64,000 nucleotides of DNA from an uncultured Candidatus Saccharibacteria bacterium (GCA_964436165.1 CAYTBY010000001.1:73452-137451); one strand, 5' to 3'. Shown: positions 49,650-59,381, counted from the first letter of the stretch. Notes: generated by a model from the letters alone, not told the origin. Made by a program: numbers and translations.

Positions 49650-49682
49650 TTTATAAAGTGTCCGACCGGACATAGTATAAAC
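49650..49682. repeat. Inverted copy of the 49036 palindrome downstream of the PaaX-like gene
   Basis: tttataaagtgtccg-ac-cggacatagtataaac; reverse complement matches 49040-49072 at 30/33. Confidence 0.85.
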
Positions 49683-49764
49683 GCAGATAATTTAATTAAT
49701 TGCGCTTGATTTTTATTAATGGTTTGGTAGAATGGGGTTTATTGTTCTTTTTATGGAGGATAAA

Positions 49765-50004
49765 ATGAAAACGGGACCATTAAATCAAGTTTCTAACAAA
49801 GCACTTATAGCCATAGATAGAATATCAAAAGTTTTACTAAAAACTCCGAACGATGAATGGGAGTTTGTACTTTTACAAGCCAAAGAAAAAACCAAAAAAA
49901 TTTCTTTTGATCAAGCTCACACGAGAATAGAAAATATGAAGTATAAATGGGCTAAAAGACTTGCAAATAAAAATCGTGCTTCAAGAAAAAGGGGAGTAAG
50001 ATGA
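49765..50004 (+). CDS. Hypothetical protein
   Basis: GGAGG SD; overlaps the next gene (ATGA). Confidence 0.55.
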   Translation: MKTGPLNQVSNKALIAIDRISKVLLKTPNDEWEFVLLQAKEKTKKISFDQAHTRIENMKYKWAKRLANKNRASRKRGVR

Positions 50005-50357
50005 AGGCATTGTTGTGTGAGTATGGAGACAAAAGAAAAAATACTCATTCGGTAATCGTATTGTTGCCTTCAGGAAAAATTGAAGCGGGCATTGGCGATC
50101 TGATAAATGTTGCTCTCGAACTGGAAGGAGAGAAAATTCGAGTTTGGATAATACGCGCTGCCGAGATAGCCTCTTTTAAAACGATTAAGGAAGTTGAGGT
50201 TGGAGGTCGCTTTTTGTTAGAAGTTTTAGAGTATCGGAATGCTCGGGTTGAATATGAGCTTCAGAGTGTCCAATTGAAAGATCGGCTTATGCATCTAATG
50301 CTGACAAAAAACTCTGATGCCTTTACATTTTTAGACGTTGGCTCCGTTGTCCTATAA
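50001..50357 (+). CDS. Hypothetical protein
   Basis: GGGGAG SD; terminator follows. Confidence 0.6.
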   Translation: MKALLCEYGDKRKNTHSVIVLLPSGKIEAGIGDLINVALELEGEKIRVWIIRAAEIASFKTIKEVEVGGRFLLEVLEYRNARVEYELQSVQLKDRLMHLMLTKNSDAFTFLDVGSVVL

Positions 50358-50404
50358 ATAAAAAAATCCGCTTATTGGCGGATTTTTAAATGGGCTTTGT
50401 TGTC

Positions 50405-50767
50405 CTAAATGCAACCCGATGGCGGAATGGCCACTGTTTCTATCTTAAATTCTGGAAGGGGGTTTTTGTATATTTTAATATATGCTCCTGAAGGAGGAAA
50501 CTCACTAACGTTCATGACTATAGCCGTCCGGCCGTCTTTAAAAAATATAGTTGAGAATACCAGGCTTGATATGACAGTTTTTTTTCTTCTTATCCCAGAT
50601 TCAACTGCAAGATTAGTATTTTTGTGAACTACCTTAATGTATTCTCCTTCGGATACTAATTCCCACTTTTTTCTTAAGCTTTGTTCTCTGGTAGAAATAT
50701 AAAAATATAGCCATCCGGTTAATAGTAAAAGGGAGAGCGTAATAAAATAGCCCATGAGTACCGCCAT
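50405..50767 (-). CDS. Membrane-anchored hypothetical protein
   Basis: N-terminal TM; GAGGAG SD. Confidence 0.65.
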   Translation of the reverse strand: MAVLMGYFITLSLLLLTGWLYFYISTREQSLRKKWELVSEGEYIKVVHKNTNLAVESGIRRKKTVISSLVFSTIFFKDGRTAIVMNVSEFPPSGAYIKIYKNPLPEFKIETVAIPPSGCI

Positions 50768-50856
50768 TTCATCTCCTCTTTAACGTAAAGGAACTTCAGG
50801 GCTAATATATATTGAATTCGATTAAAATTCAATAATCCAAATCATCAAACAGGAGG

Positions 50857-51117
50857 TTATTTAGTTGGGGCGGCGAGGAGTCGTGCCGCTGAAGATTTCA
50901 GTCTTGAGGCCTTATTTTTTTTGATAACGCCGGTTTTAGCGGCCTTATCAATGGCTTTGTATGTCTTAGCTAATTGGCTCTGAGCCTCCTTGGGGTTGGC
51001 TACGGCCTTTTTGAGGTCCTTTATCGCTGATTTATAAGTATCTGCCCGCTTTAAATTCCTGGCTCTTCGCCCCACTGATTGTCTCAATGCTTTTTTAGCT
51101 GATGCTGTTATCGGCAT
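50857..51117 (-). CDS. rpsT: 30S ribosomal protein S20
   Basis: SAKKALRQS, IDKAAKTGVIKKNKASRLKS. Confidence 0.97.
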   Translation of the reverse strand: MPITASAKKALRQSVGRRARNLKRADTYKSAIKDLKKAVANPKEAQSQLAKTYKAIDKAAKTGVIKKNKASRLKSSAARLLAAPTK

Positions 51118-51240
51118 AGTTTATGATATGATACTAAATTTTTATTTTTTATGCAAGGCCCTTGCTTTATATTTCCGCGAGTGTTAGTCTTGAAATACCG
51201 TTATTTGACAAGGGAAGCCCGTCTTCCCAAGGAGATGATC

Positions 51241-51660
51241 ATGAGAAAGATCATGGCATTGTTTTCTATTTATGCATTTCTTCTTTTGTTTGCATCATCG
51301 GTATTGGCTCAGGTGGCTCTACCCGATTATTCCGGTTGGGACAGCAGACCTACCTCATCTCGAGCGGTTCATAATGGCAATAATGTTGTACTTAGTGGTA
51401 CTTACTATTATCATCGTGATCAGTCAAATATGCGTGAAGAATCTATCAGTGTGTTAAATGATGAGAGTGGAAGAGAATGGCTTATTTTGTATGCATATTT
51501 CCAACATACTCCCGATCATGTGAATGAAAACCTTCCGCGTTATCATGTTTTTGAATATCAAAACGGCAGATGGGTTCATGTCCAGGATTTTTCTGACAGT
51601 ACTAATTTTAATGGTGATTTAAGTGACTTTTTAAAAAACCAATATAACCTCGTATTCTAA
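51241..51660 (+). CDS. Secreted hypothetical protein
   Basis: Signal peptide ending VLA-Q; AAGGAG SD. Confidence 0.7.
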   Translation: MRKIMALFSIYAFLLLFASSVLAQVALPDYSGWDSRPTSSRAVHNGNNVVLSGTYYYHRDQSNMREESISVLNDESGREWLILYAYFQHTPDHVNENLPRYHVFEYQNGRWVHVQDFSDSTNFNGDLSDFLKNQYNLVF

Positions 51661-51695
51661 TGTAGATTTTTTATGGCTCGCTTCTAGCGGGCCTT

Positions 51696-53807
51696 TTATT
51701 TGTTTAGGGGGGCTAGATCACTCTTTATTTTTCTTATCTGCTCCCTTAGCGTCAAAGCTCTGTCGTACTCCATTTTTTTGGCGGCCCGTTCCATCATTTT
51801 GGTAAGTTGAGCGACAATCTTGCCTTTACTGCTATTACCAAAAACAAAAACCGTATCATCTTCTTCCTGGCCCCAACGACGAGTTTTACTAGTTCCATTA
51901 TTGGAAATCGGGAGGTCAAAATTACTAATTGATTTTTGAATGGTTGTTGGCGTAATGTCGTTGGCTTTATTGTGCTCTTCCTGTTTGGTTCTTCGGCGCA
52001 TGGTTTCGCCGATCGAAGCTTTAATTGATTTAGTCAACTTATCGGCATACATAATAACATGCCCGTTAACGTGTCTGGCCGCTCGGCCCATAGTTTGGAT
52101 TAGCGTCGTGGTATTGCGGAGGAATCCTTCTTTATCGGCGTCGAGGATGGCGATCAGTGAAACTTCAGGCAAATCCAAGCCTTCTCGCAAAAGATTTACT
52201 CCAACTAAGACATCATGGTGGCCCAGGCGGAAGTCCTTTAATATTTTTAATCGTTCAAGGGTTTTAATCTCAGAATGAATGTAGTTAACTTTTATTTTGG
52301 CATCGGCCAGATACTCCGATAAATCTTCGGCCATTCTCTTGGTTAAAGTGGTAACGATAACCCTTTCTTTATTCGCAGTCCGCTTTTTAATTTCTGAAAG
52401 CAGGTGTTCCATCTGATTTTTGCTAGGTTGTATTTCTATAGTCGGATCTAAGAGTCCTGTCGGCCGGATAAGCTGTTCGGCAATATTTGCTTTACCGGCC
52501 TTTTCAAGTTCATATATTCCGGGTGTGGCTGAAACATAAACTGTTTTCTGTATTCTTTTATTAAATTCTAAAAACTTTAACGGCCGGTTATCAAGGGCTG
52601 ACGGCAAGCGGAAACCGTAGTCAACTAGGGTGCTTTTTCTGGAATGATCCCCGTTAAACATTCCCCTGATCTGGGGAATAGAAATATGCGACTCGTCCAT
52701 AATGGTCAGGAATTCCCCCTTTGATCCGCCTTTGGCGGAAAAGAAATCAATCAGGGTATAGGGCGGTTCGCCAGGTTTGCGGAAATCAAGATGCCGCGAG
52801 TAGTTCTCAATGCCGTGGCAGTAGCCGGTTCGTTTCATCATGTCAATGTCGTACATTGTTTTTTCGTAAAGCCGGGCCGCTTCCTGGAGTTTTTTGGCTT
52901 TCTTTAAAACTTTCATTGTTTGCTGAAGTTCGCCTTTTATATTTTCTATAGCGATGGCAATTTTACTATCCGAAGTCAGCCAGTATTTTGCCGGTAGAAT
53001 TGTGGTTTCGACTATTTTTTCAAACTCAGGTTCTTTGGTTTCAAGTTCTTCCGGTTCAGAGATAGTGGCATGCATGACTTTGATCCCGTACGAAGTAGCC
53101 GCGCTGCGGTCCTTAGGACTCGCGACGAAGTCGCGAGCGCGACTTCGTACGGGATTATCCATGCTATTATTCGGAAACGTTATTTTAAAAATATTCTGGC
53201 CATCGGGGCCCATCAGTTCTATTTCATTTCTTGTTTTTCGGAAACATCCGCGCTTCAATTCTATATCTTGGGCATACTGGAGCCGTATCAATCCGCGGAT
53301 AAGTTCGTCCGGTTTTATTTTCTGGCCTTCAAATATGTTGAGGCCCATGTTTCTATATTCTTCCGGTGAGCCAAGGTTGTAGATGCAAGAAACAGAGGCG
53401 ACAATAATTACATCATCTCGTGACATTAAGGCTTGGGTTGTGGCATGGCGAAGCCGGTCAAGCTCCTCGTTTATTTTAGAATCTTTTTCGATGTAGGTGT
53501 CAGTGTGAGGTATGTAGGCTTCGGGCTGGTAGTAGTCGTAATATGAAACGAAATAATGGACGGCGTTGTGCGGGAAAAATTCTTTGAATTCTTTATATAA
53601 TTGGGCGGCGAGGGTCTTGTTGTGGGAAATAATCAGAGTTGGTTTCTGGTACTGCTCAATGACTTTAGCCATCGTAAACGTTTTTCCGCTTCCGGTTACA
53701 CCCAAAAGCACCTGGTGTTTTTTCCCGGACTTTAATCCCTTGGCGAGTTGTTGAATCGCCTGTGGCTGATCTCCTGTTGGCGAATATTTTGATATCAGTT
53801 TAAACAC
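51696..53807 (-). CDS. uvrB: Excinuclease ABC subunit B
   Basis: GVTGSGKT, YFVSYYDYYQPEAY, DESH, RPTGLLDP, GRAAR; two palindromic inserts. Confidence 0.99.
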   Translation of the reverse strand: MFKLISKYSPTGDQPQAIQQLAKGLKSGKKHQVLLGVTGSGKTFTMAKVIEQYQKPTLIISHNKTLAAQLYKEFKEFFPHNAVHYFVSYYDYYQPEAYIPHTDTYIEKDSKINEELDRLRHATTQALMSRDDVIIVASVSCIYNLGSPEEYRNMGLNIFEGQKIKPDELIRGLIRLQYAQDIELKRGCFRKTRNEIELMGPDGQNIFKITFPNNSMDNPVRSRARDFVASPKDRSAATSYGIKVMHATISEPEELETKEPEFEKIVETTILPAKYWLTSDSKIAIAIENIKGELQQTMKVLKKAKKLQEAARLYEKTMYDIDMMKRTGYCHGIENYSRHLDFRKPGEPPYTLIDFFSAKGGSKGEFLTIMDESHISIPQIRGMFNGDHSRKSTLVDYGFRLPSALDNRPLKFLEFNKRIQKTVYVSATPGIYELEKAGKANIAEQLIRPTGLLDPTIEIQPSKNQMEHLLSEIKKRTANKERVIVTTLTKRMAEDLSEYLADAKIKVNYIHSEIKTLERLKILKDFRLGHHDVLVGVNLLREGLDLPEVSLIAILDADKEGFLRNTTTLIQTMGRAARHVNGHVIMYADKLTKSIKASIGETMRRRTKQEEHNKANDITPTTIQKSISNFDLPISNNGTSKTRRWGQEEDDTVFVFGNSSKGKIVAQLTKMMERAAKKMEYDRALTLREQIRKIKSDLAPLNK
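53083..53155. repeat. Branched palindromic element in-frame in uvrB
   Basis: 14-bp perfect IR atcccgtacgaagt/acttcgtacgggat enclosing three small hairpins. Confidence 0.88.
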
Positions 53808-53823
53808 GTGTTACTCTTAAGGC

Positions 53824-54447
53824 ATGATTAGTTATCTAGAGGGAAGAATTGAACATTTGGGTGATAAATACGTTATTTTGAGTACGGGCGGCATAGGGTA
53901 TAAGGTAATAGTAGTCCCCAAAGTACTTAATATTTTATCAAATTCAACTCCGCATGTCAACCCCCTTGACGATACCAATAACACAAAGGCAGCCTTTGTA
54001 CGGCTGTTTATTCATTCCCAATTGAATATGCGGGAAGGGACTTTTGATATGTATGGGTTTCAGAATAAAGAAGATTTAGAATTGTTTCACTTATTGACCA
54101 GTGTATCGGGTATCGGGCCCAAAGGGGCGATGAATGTTCTTTCGGTTGTTGAGCCAAAGCATTTGAAGGCGGCGGTGGTCAATGAAGATGCCGCCTATTT
54201 AAAAAGGGTGTCGGGGCTTGGGCCGAAGACGGCCTCGCGGCTTATTCTCGAACTTAAAAACAAAGTTGACCATATTGATATGGGGGATATGAAGGGTGTG
54301 GATTTGGGTCAGGATGGCCAGGCGACGGAGGCTTTGCTTGTTTTGGGTTATAGCGCCGGACAGGCCAAGGAGGCGCTGAAAGAAGCCCGGGGCAAAACAT
54401 TAGAAGAGCGGGTTCGCGAGGCATTGAGGTTGTTGGGAAAAAGGTAA
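53824..54447 (+). CDS. ruvA: Holliday junction branch migration protein RuvA
   Basis: GGIGY, MYGF, VSGIGPK, GLGPKTASRLILELK, ALLVLGY. Confidence 0.97.
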   Translation: MISYLEGRIEHLGDKYVILSTGGIGYKVIVVPKVLNILSNSTPHVNPLDDTNNTKAAFVRLFIHSQLNMREGTFDMYGFQNKEDLELFHLLTSVSGIGPKGAMNVLSVVEPKHLKAAVVNEDAAYLKRVSGLGPKTASRLILELKNKVDHIDMGDMKGVDLGQDGQATEALLVLGYSAGQAKEALKEARGKTLEERVREALRLLGKR

Positions 54448-54478
54448 ACTTTTGCTCTCGCAAAAGTTTTAATATTTT

Positions 54479-54808
54479 ATGGATAAAATTAGGAAAATAT
54501 TTTTAAATTCAATCCCTATTTTAGTGATGGTTAGTTTGATTCCGTTAATTTCTAATGATTTTATGCTGATGGGAGTTTTTGGATTGGTGATCGTCGGATC
54601 ATTTTTTATAAAAAGGGGCCAGAATGATTGGATAATATTTATAGCCGGATTTTGCTTAATGATATTTTTTGAATACATTTTTATCCTGACAGGAGTGGAG
54701 GTTTTTTATAGGAATACTTTATTTGGAATAATGCCAATTTGGCTTCCGTTGTTATGGGCATATGGGTTTGTCGCCATAGGCAGAGTTGTTAAAATTTTAG
54801 ATAAGTAA
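54479..54808 (+). CDS. Membrane protein
   Basis: 4 TM, GIMPIWLPLLW. Confidence 0.7.
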   Translation: MDKIRKIFLNSIPILVMVSLIPLISNDFMLMGVFGLVIVGSFFIKRGQNDWIIFIAGFCLMIFFEYIFILTGVEVFYRNTLFGIMPIWLPLLWAYGFVAIGRVVKILDK

Positions 54809-54810
54809 TA

Positions 54811-55827
54811 ATGAAATCATTCCTACAAACTAAAGAGTGGTTGGAGTTTCAGAAGGAAGTAGGCCACAAGACGTGGCGATTTTCGAATGGCCCTACTTCG
54901 CTAGGAAGCTTCGAAGGGCAAGGAAAAATAACGGCCAATATTATTAAACTGGGTTTGCCTTTGGGCAAGAGTTTTTTATATATACCTCATGGGCCGGAGA
55001 TTGATTTTAATAAGATTCAAAGCGGATTGAAAAATGAACTGGCGAATTTCGTAAAATATTTAAAGGACTTAGCTAAGGCGGAAAAAGCCATTTTTATAAA
55101 AATAGAACCTTTTTCGGACGTAGTCATTGAGCTTTTGCATGTCAAAGGAATGCGCCGGTCATCCAAACAAATCCAGCCGTATAAAACGGTGGTTCTTGAT
55201 TTAAGTTTACCTGAAGAGCATTTACTGGGGAAAATGCATGCTAAGACAAGGTATAATATTAAAGTTGCTGAGAACAACGGCATTGTTGTTAAGGACAGCA
55301 ACGATCTAGATACTTTTTGGAAATTATTAGGCAAGACGACAAAGCGTGATAGATTTGCCAGTCATCCTAAAGTTTATTATAAAAAACTGCTGGAGCATTT
55401 TCCCGCCGAAGGCGGATCCGCCTCTGGCGGAAATGATATGAAAGTCGATTTGGTTATGGCGTACCTGCCCGCCGGACAGGAGGGTCATAACGATCGGGCT
55501 GTGGCCGGAGCAATATTGATGACTTATGGTGATACCTGCTATTATCTTTACGGTGCTTCTGACTATGAGTACAGGTCGGTAATGGCCCCATATGCGCTTC
55601 ACTGGGAGAATATAAAGTATTTGAAAGGTCGAGGTATAAAATACTACGATTTTTGGGGGATTGATGCCCAGAAATGGCCAGGGGTGACGAGATTTAAACT
55701 TGGTTGGCTTGGCTCGCCGAAGTCAGACGAAGGCGGCGGGGGACTAAAAGAATATCCCGGTTCCTTTGATTTAGTTACCTCTAAATTTTGGTATTTTGTT
55801 TATAACATTGCCAGAAAAGTATTTTAG
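54811..55827 (+). CDS. FemAB/MurM-family peptidoglycan bridge aminoacyltransferase
   Basis: FLQT.EW, YIPHGP, KTRYNI, YLYGAS, YDFWG, FKLG; four palindromic inserts. Confidence 0.93.
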   Translation: MKSFLQTKEWLEFQKEVGHKTWRFSNGPTSLGSFEGQGKITANIIKLGLPLGKSFLYIPHGPEIDFNKIQSGLKNELANFVKYLKDLAKAEKAIFIKIEPFSDVVIELLHVKGMRRSSKQIQPYKTVVLDLSLPEEHLLGKMHAKTRYNIKVAENNGIVVKDSNDLDTFWKLLGKTTKRDRFASHPKVYYKKLLEHFPAEGGSASGGNDMKVDLVMAYLPAGQEGHNDRAVAGAILMTYGDTCYYLYGASDYEYRSVMAPYALHWENIKYLKGRGIKYYDFWGIDAQKWPGVTRFKLGWLGSPKSDEGGGGLKEYPGSFDLVTSKFWYFVYNIARKVF

Positions 55828-55853
55828 GTGTGTTAATTAAGAAAAGTTGGTAA

Positions 55854-55883
55854 TAAATAACCCCGCCGTGGCGGGGTTATTTA
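55854..55883. terminator. Bidirectional terminator
   Basis: taaataaccccgcc-gt-ggcggggttattta. Confidence 0.75.
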
Positions 55884-55895
55884 CGGAAAAAGTAA

Positions 55896-56153
55896 TTAGG
55901 AAAGATGTTTGGAAACGAGTTTGGTCATTTCAAACATGCTGACCGTTGCTTTGCCGCCGAACACCTTTTTGAGGGCTTCGTCAGCGTTGATATTCCTCCT
56001 GTTGACCTTATCCTGAAGGCCTTTGGACTTGATGTAAGCCCACAATTTCTTGACTACTTCCGACCTGGGCATGGGGCCCTGACCGACGACCACAGCTAGA
56101 TCCGAGCTGATGTTCATTGGCTTCATGAACGCAGCATTTGGTTTTCTTGCCAT
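55896..56153 (-). CDS. SWIB/MDM2 domain protein
   Basis: PRSEVVKKLWAYIK..GLQD..NRR.INAD, MFEMTKLVSKHL. Confidence 0.93.
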   Translation of the reverse strand: MARKPNAAFMKPMNISSDLAVVVGQGPMPRSEVVKKLWAYIKSKGLQDKVNRRNINADEALKKVFGGKATVSMFEMTKLVSKHLS

Positions 56154-56365
56154 ATGATTTATCGAAGTCACTTCAAAATCCTGTATTTTAAAGAGGACCT
56201 CAATGCGACTTCTTAGTTAGTTATTTATTTAGGCACCTTGCCTTTAAATAAACATACTATAATTTTTTACAAATTACCATACCCCCCCCTTTGTTCGGTT
56301 TTACGTTGGCATTTTTTACGGTGTTAATATAAGATCTATGTAATAGCTTTTTAACATTAATATGG

Positions 56366-57064
56366 ATGGATATGAGTGCATTCTTGAGATTCTGTTTGAA
56401 GTTTATAACCTCTTCTTTTGAATATTGTTTAAATTTGTTCAATCTTGCGGCTAGTGCCGTGTTCAGAGGTGATGGTGTTCATCGGGGAAACGGTCAGCCG
56501 GTACTTCTTATTCCGGGTTTCTTAATCGGAGATATTTCAATGGCCGTAATTAAATTTTGGCTTAAGAGAATGGGTTATTCAGCCTATCCCTCCAACGCTT
56601 CGGTAATGGGAGCTTGTCCGTATAAAACCGCTCAATGTCTTGAGCAAAAACTCGATGATATTTATCATAGAACTGGCCAGCCGGTCATTGTTATTGGCTA
56701 TAGTTTGGGAGGAGCAATAGCTCGTTTTCTTGCCCGTAAGTATCCGGCAAAGGTAGGTCAGGTTATTACGATAGGTACGCCCCCGTTATCCGATATCAAG
56801 GTTGATCCGTTTCTTTATAAGCTTTTTCAGAAGTTCAATCCGGAATGTATTAGTCGTTGCGATTGCGAAATGGTCAGAGGGCTTAGAAATCCAAATCCAG
56901 TTTTTGAAACACTTGTCTACTCTAAAGACGATGAAACTGTTTTGTCTGCTGTTTCGGAGGTTGTCACTAATGGAAGTTATCACCAAGTTTCTGGTTCTCA
57001 CGGTGGATTAGTGGTTAATCCCGAAGTTTATAAAATCATTGCCCTATGTTTAAGCCGTTCATAA
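56366..57064 (+). CDS. Alpha/beta hydrolase (lipase-like)
   Basis: PVLLIPGF, GYSLGG, YSKDD, GSHGGL. Confidence 0.88.
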   Translation: MDMSAFLRFCLKFITSSFEYCLNLFNLAASAVFRGDGVHRGNGQPVLLIPGFLIGDISMAVIKFWLKRMGYSAYPSNASVMGACPYKTAQCLEQKLDDIYHRTGQPVIVIGYSLGGAIARFLARKYPAKVGQVITIGTPPLSDIKVDPFLYKLFQKFNPECISRCDCEMVRGLRNPNPVFETLVYSKDDETVLSAVSEVVTNGSYHQVSGSHGGLVVNPEVYKIIALCLSRS

Positions 57065-57111
57065 AAACGGCTTTTTGTTGACTTTTATTCTATTCTTGAG
57101 TATAATACATT

Positions 57112-58323
57112 ATGACACAAACATCTGGCCGCCGGGGTTTTAATGACCTTGGCATTTCTCCGGAATTCTTAAAAATTCTCGAGCAAAATAATTTTACTGT
57201 TCCGACGCCCATCCAACACCAGGCTATTAAGCCGGCGATGGAGGGTAAAGATATTGTCGGCATTGCCCAGACTGGAACGGGGAAAACTCTGGCTTTTGGC
57301 TTGCCGTTGCTCCAGCGTCTTCGAGGCGGAAATGGAATCGGTCTTATTCTTTTGCCAACTCGCGAGCTTGCCATTCAGGCCGACGAAATGCTACAGAAAA
57401 TCGGCCGTTCTCTTGGATTAGCAACCGCTGTTCTTATAGGCGGTGAATCGATGGGAAGGCAGTTAATGGCCTTGCGCCGCCGGCCCAATATAATCATTGC
57501 TACCCCTGGCCGTTTGGTTGATCATCTTGAACAGGGGAATTTAAAATTAGACCTGGTCCGGATAATTGTTTTAGATGAAGCCGATCGGATGCTTGATATA
57601 GGTTTTGCTCCTCAAATAAGAAAAATATTTTGTTTTGTTCCTGCTCAGCGCCAGACAATGCTTTTTTCTGCAACCATGCCCGCCGAGATAGTAGGAATTG
57701 CCGCTGAATATATGGCCTCGCCGGTTCGAGTTGAAGTTGCTCCGTCCGGAACTCCGGCTGAACTTGTGGATCAGGAAATATTTTTAGTAAAGAAAGAAGA
57801 AAGGGTAATGCTTCTAGGAAAAATTTTGGATGAGAATAAGGGGACAGTATTAGTTTTTGCCCGGACAAGACATGGGGCTCGCAAGATTTGTTCTGCTATC
57901 CGGAGCATGGGCCACAAAGTTGCCGAGATACACTCTGACCGTTCACTCGGCCAGCGCAAAGAAGCTCTAGCCGGATTTAAATCCGGTGTTTACCGGATTC
58001 TTGTGGCAACCGATATTGCCGCCAGGGGCATTGATGTAAAGAATATCCAACTTGTACTAAATTTTGATTTGCCCGATAATACTCAGGATTATGTTCATCG
58101 TATTGGCCGGACCGGCCGGGCCGGCGAAGAGGGCCGGGCGATATCGTTTGCCATGCCCGATCAAAGACGGGATGTCCGTGATATCGAACGTCTTATTCGC
58201 AAGGAAATTCCCGTTACTCCCCATGGTGATCAGCCGGTATCATTTGATACTCCCGCTGTCCGAAGTTTCGGTCCTAACAGACATTTGCGCCAAAGTCCTC
58301 GTCGTTGGCGCCGTCTCCGCTAA
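57112..58323 (+). CDS. DEAD-box RNA helicase (RhlE-like)
   Basis: AQTGTGKT, PTRELA, TPGR, DEAD, SAT, ARGID, HRIGRTGR. Confidence 0.97.
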   Translation: MTQTSGRRGFNDLGISPEFLKILEQNNFTVPTPIQHQAIKPAMEGKDIVGIAQTGTGKTLAFGLPLLQRLRGGNGIGLILLPTRELAIQADEMLQKIGRSLGLATAVLIGGESMGRQLMALRRRPNIIIATPGRLVDHLEQGNLKLDLVRIIVLDEADRMLDIGFAPQIRKIFCFVPAQRQTMLFSATMPAEIVGIAAEYMASPVRVEVAPSGTPAELVDQEIFLVKKEERVMLLGKILDENKGTVLVFARTRHGARKICSAIRSMGHKVAEIHSDRSLGQRKEALAGFKSGVYRILVATDIAARGIDVKNIQLVLNFDLPDNTQDYVHRIGRTGRAGEEGRAISFAMPDQRRDVRDIERLIRKEIPVTPHGDQPVSFDTPAVRSFGPNRHLRQSPRRWRRLR

Positions 58324-58475
58324 GCTCTTATTTTAAACTGTAAGTTTTTGACTTTTCATTCGTCTTTTAAAATAGTAAGGTAATTTATAATAAACTTTTA
58401 CGTTTGGCTATGTTCAAGGCCTAAAAGCCTTTTTGGGCAGGAGTTGAATTAAGCCAAGGTAAGGAAGGCAATAAA

Positions 58476-59321
58476 TTGTATAAATCGAAATCATTAATAA
58501 CGCTAGTTATCGGCGGCGTTCTTATGGTCGGTGTCGCCTTAGGTTCTTATATGTCAAGCGGATCGGTTCCGTTTGCTTTTGCCCATGATGATGACGATGA
58601 TGAGCAAAAAGTAGATAAAGAAGTTCTAGAGCAGTTATATTTGGCCGCTTTCGGCAGGCCGGTTGATGAGAATGGCAAGAAGTTCCATCTTGGTAAAAAT
58701 TTGAAACAAGTTTTAAGAGACATCAATAGCTCCGAAGAGCGAAGATACTATTCGGCTTTATTTAAGGCCGTAAAGGCCTATGAAGAAGCGGTGCGAGCGC
58801 CAGGTGATTTGAGCGCGGCTGATAAACAGAAATATCTTGATGCTATCAATACGGCTCTTGCAACTTTACTAGCCTGGGTTGAGACATTGCCTCAACAGCA
58901 CATTTGTAATGGAGTGGTCGGAATTATGGAGGCCCGTCAAGCTATTCAGGATGCGTATGATCGTATGAGCCCCACTGCCCAAGCTGCATCTCGAAAAGGA
59001 ATTTTCAATGCCCTGAAGCATATCGGTGGTCCTAAGAATATTGATTTACCGTTTAAGCGTTGTATAGATCCAAGCCCAACCCCGTCCCCATCTGTAAGCC
59101 CGACACCTTCAGTAACACCAACCCCAAGTGTAACTCCAACCCCGAGTGTAACCCCAACACCGAGTGCAACTCCAACCCCGACTCCTTCTGCAACTCCCAC
59201 TCCCACTCCCACGCCCTCCGCAACTCCCACCCCGACACCCGAAGTAACCCCGACTCCCACTCCGTCAGCTACCCCAACCCCGACTCCATCAGTCACTCCG
59301 ACTCCGACCCCTACTCCGTAA
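58476..59321 (+). CDS. Secreted/surface protein with C-terminal Pro-Thr repeat tail
   Basis: N-terminal signal/TM; TPTPS[VA] repeats at ~59070-59318. Confidence 0.85.
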   Translation: MYKSKSLITLVIGGVLMVGVALGSYMSSGSVPFAFAHDDDDDEQKVDKEVLEQLYLAAFGRPVDENGKKFHLGKNLKQVLRDINSSEERRYYSALFKAVKAYEEAVRAPGDLSAADKQKYLDAINTALATLLAWVETLPQQHICNGVVGIMEARQAIQDAYDRMSPTAQAASRKGIFNALKHIGGPKNIDLPFKRCIDPSPTPSPSVSPTPSVTPTPSVTPTPSVTPTPSATPTPTPSATPTPTPTPSATPTPTPEVTPTPTPSATPTPTPSVTPTPTPTP

Positions 59322-59381
59322 TCAGATTTAAACTAAAAAACCATGTCTAGTCAGGCGTGGTTTTTAGGTTTAAAATAAAAG

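Noticed and set aside
53083-53155. tRNA or self-splicing intron/intein in uvrB
   Set aside because: No D/T-loop consensus, too short for group I/II introns, and no intein C/S...HN termini.
55896-56153. Eukaryote-derived SWIB domain as a novelty
   Set aside because: Stand-alone SWIB proteins are already well known in bacteria.
58946-59350. Alternative-frame ORFs (GV-repeat, CN-repeat) over the Pro/Thr tail
   Set aside because: Shadow frames of the repeat.
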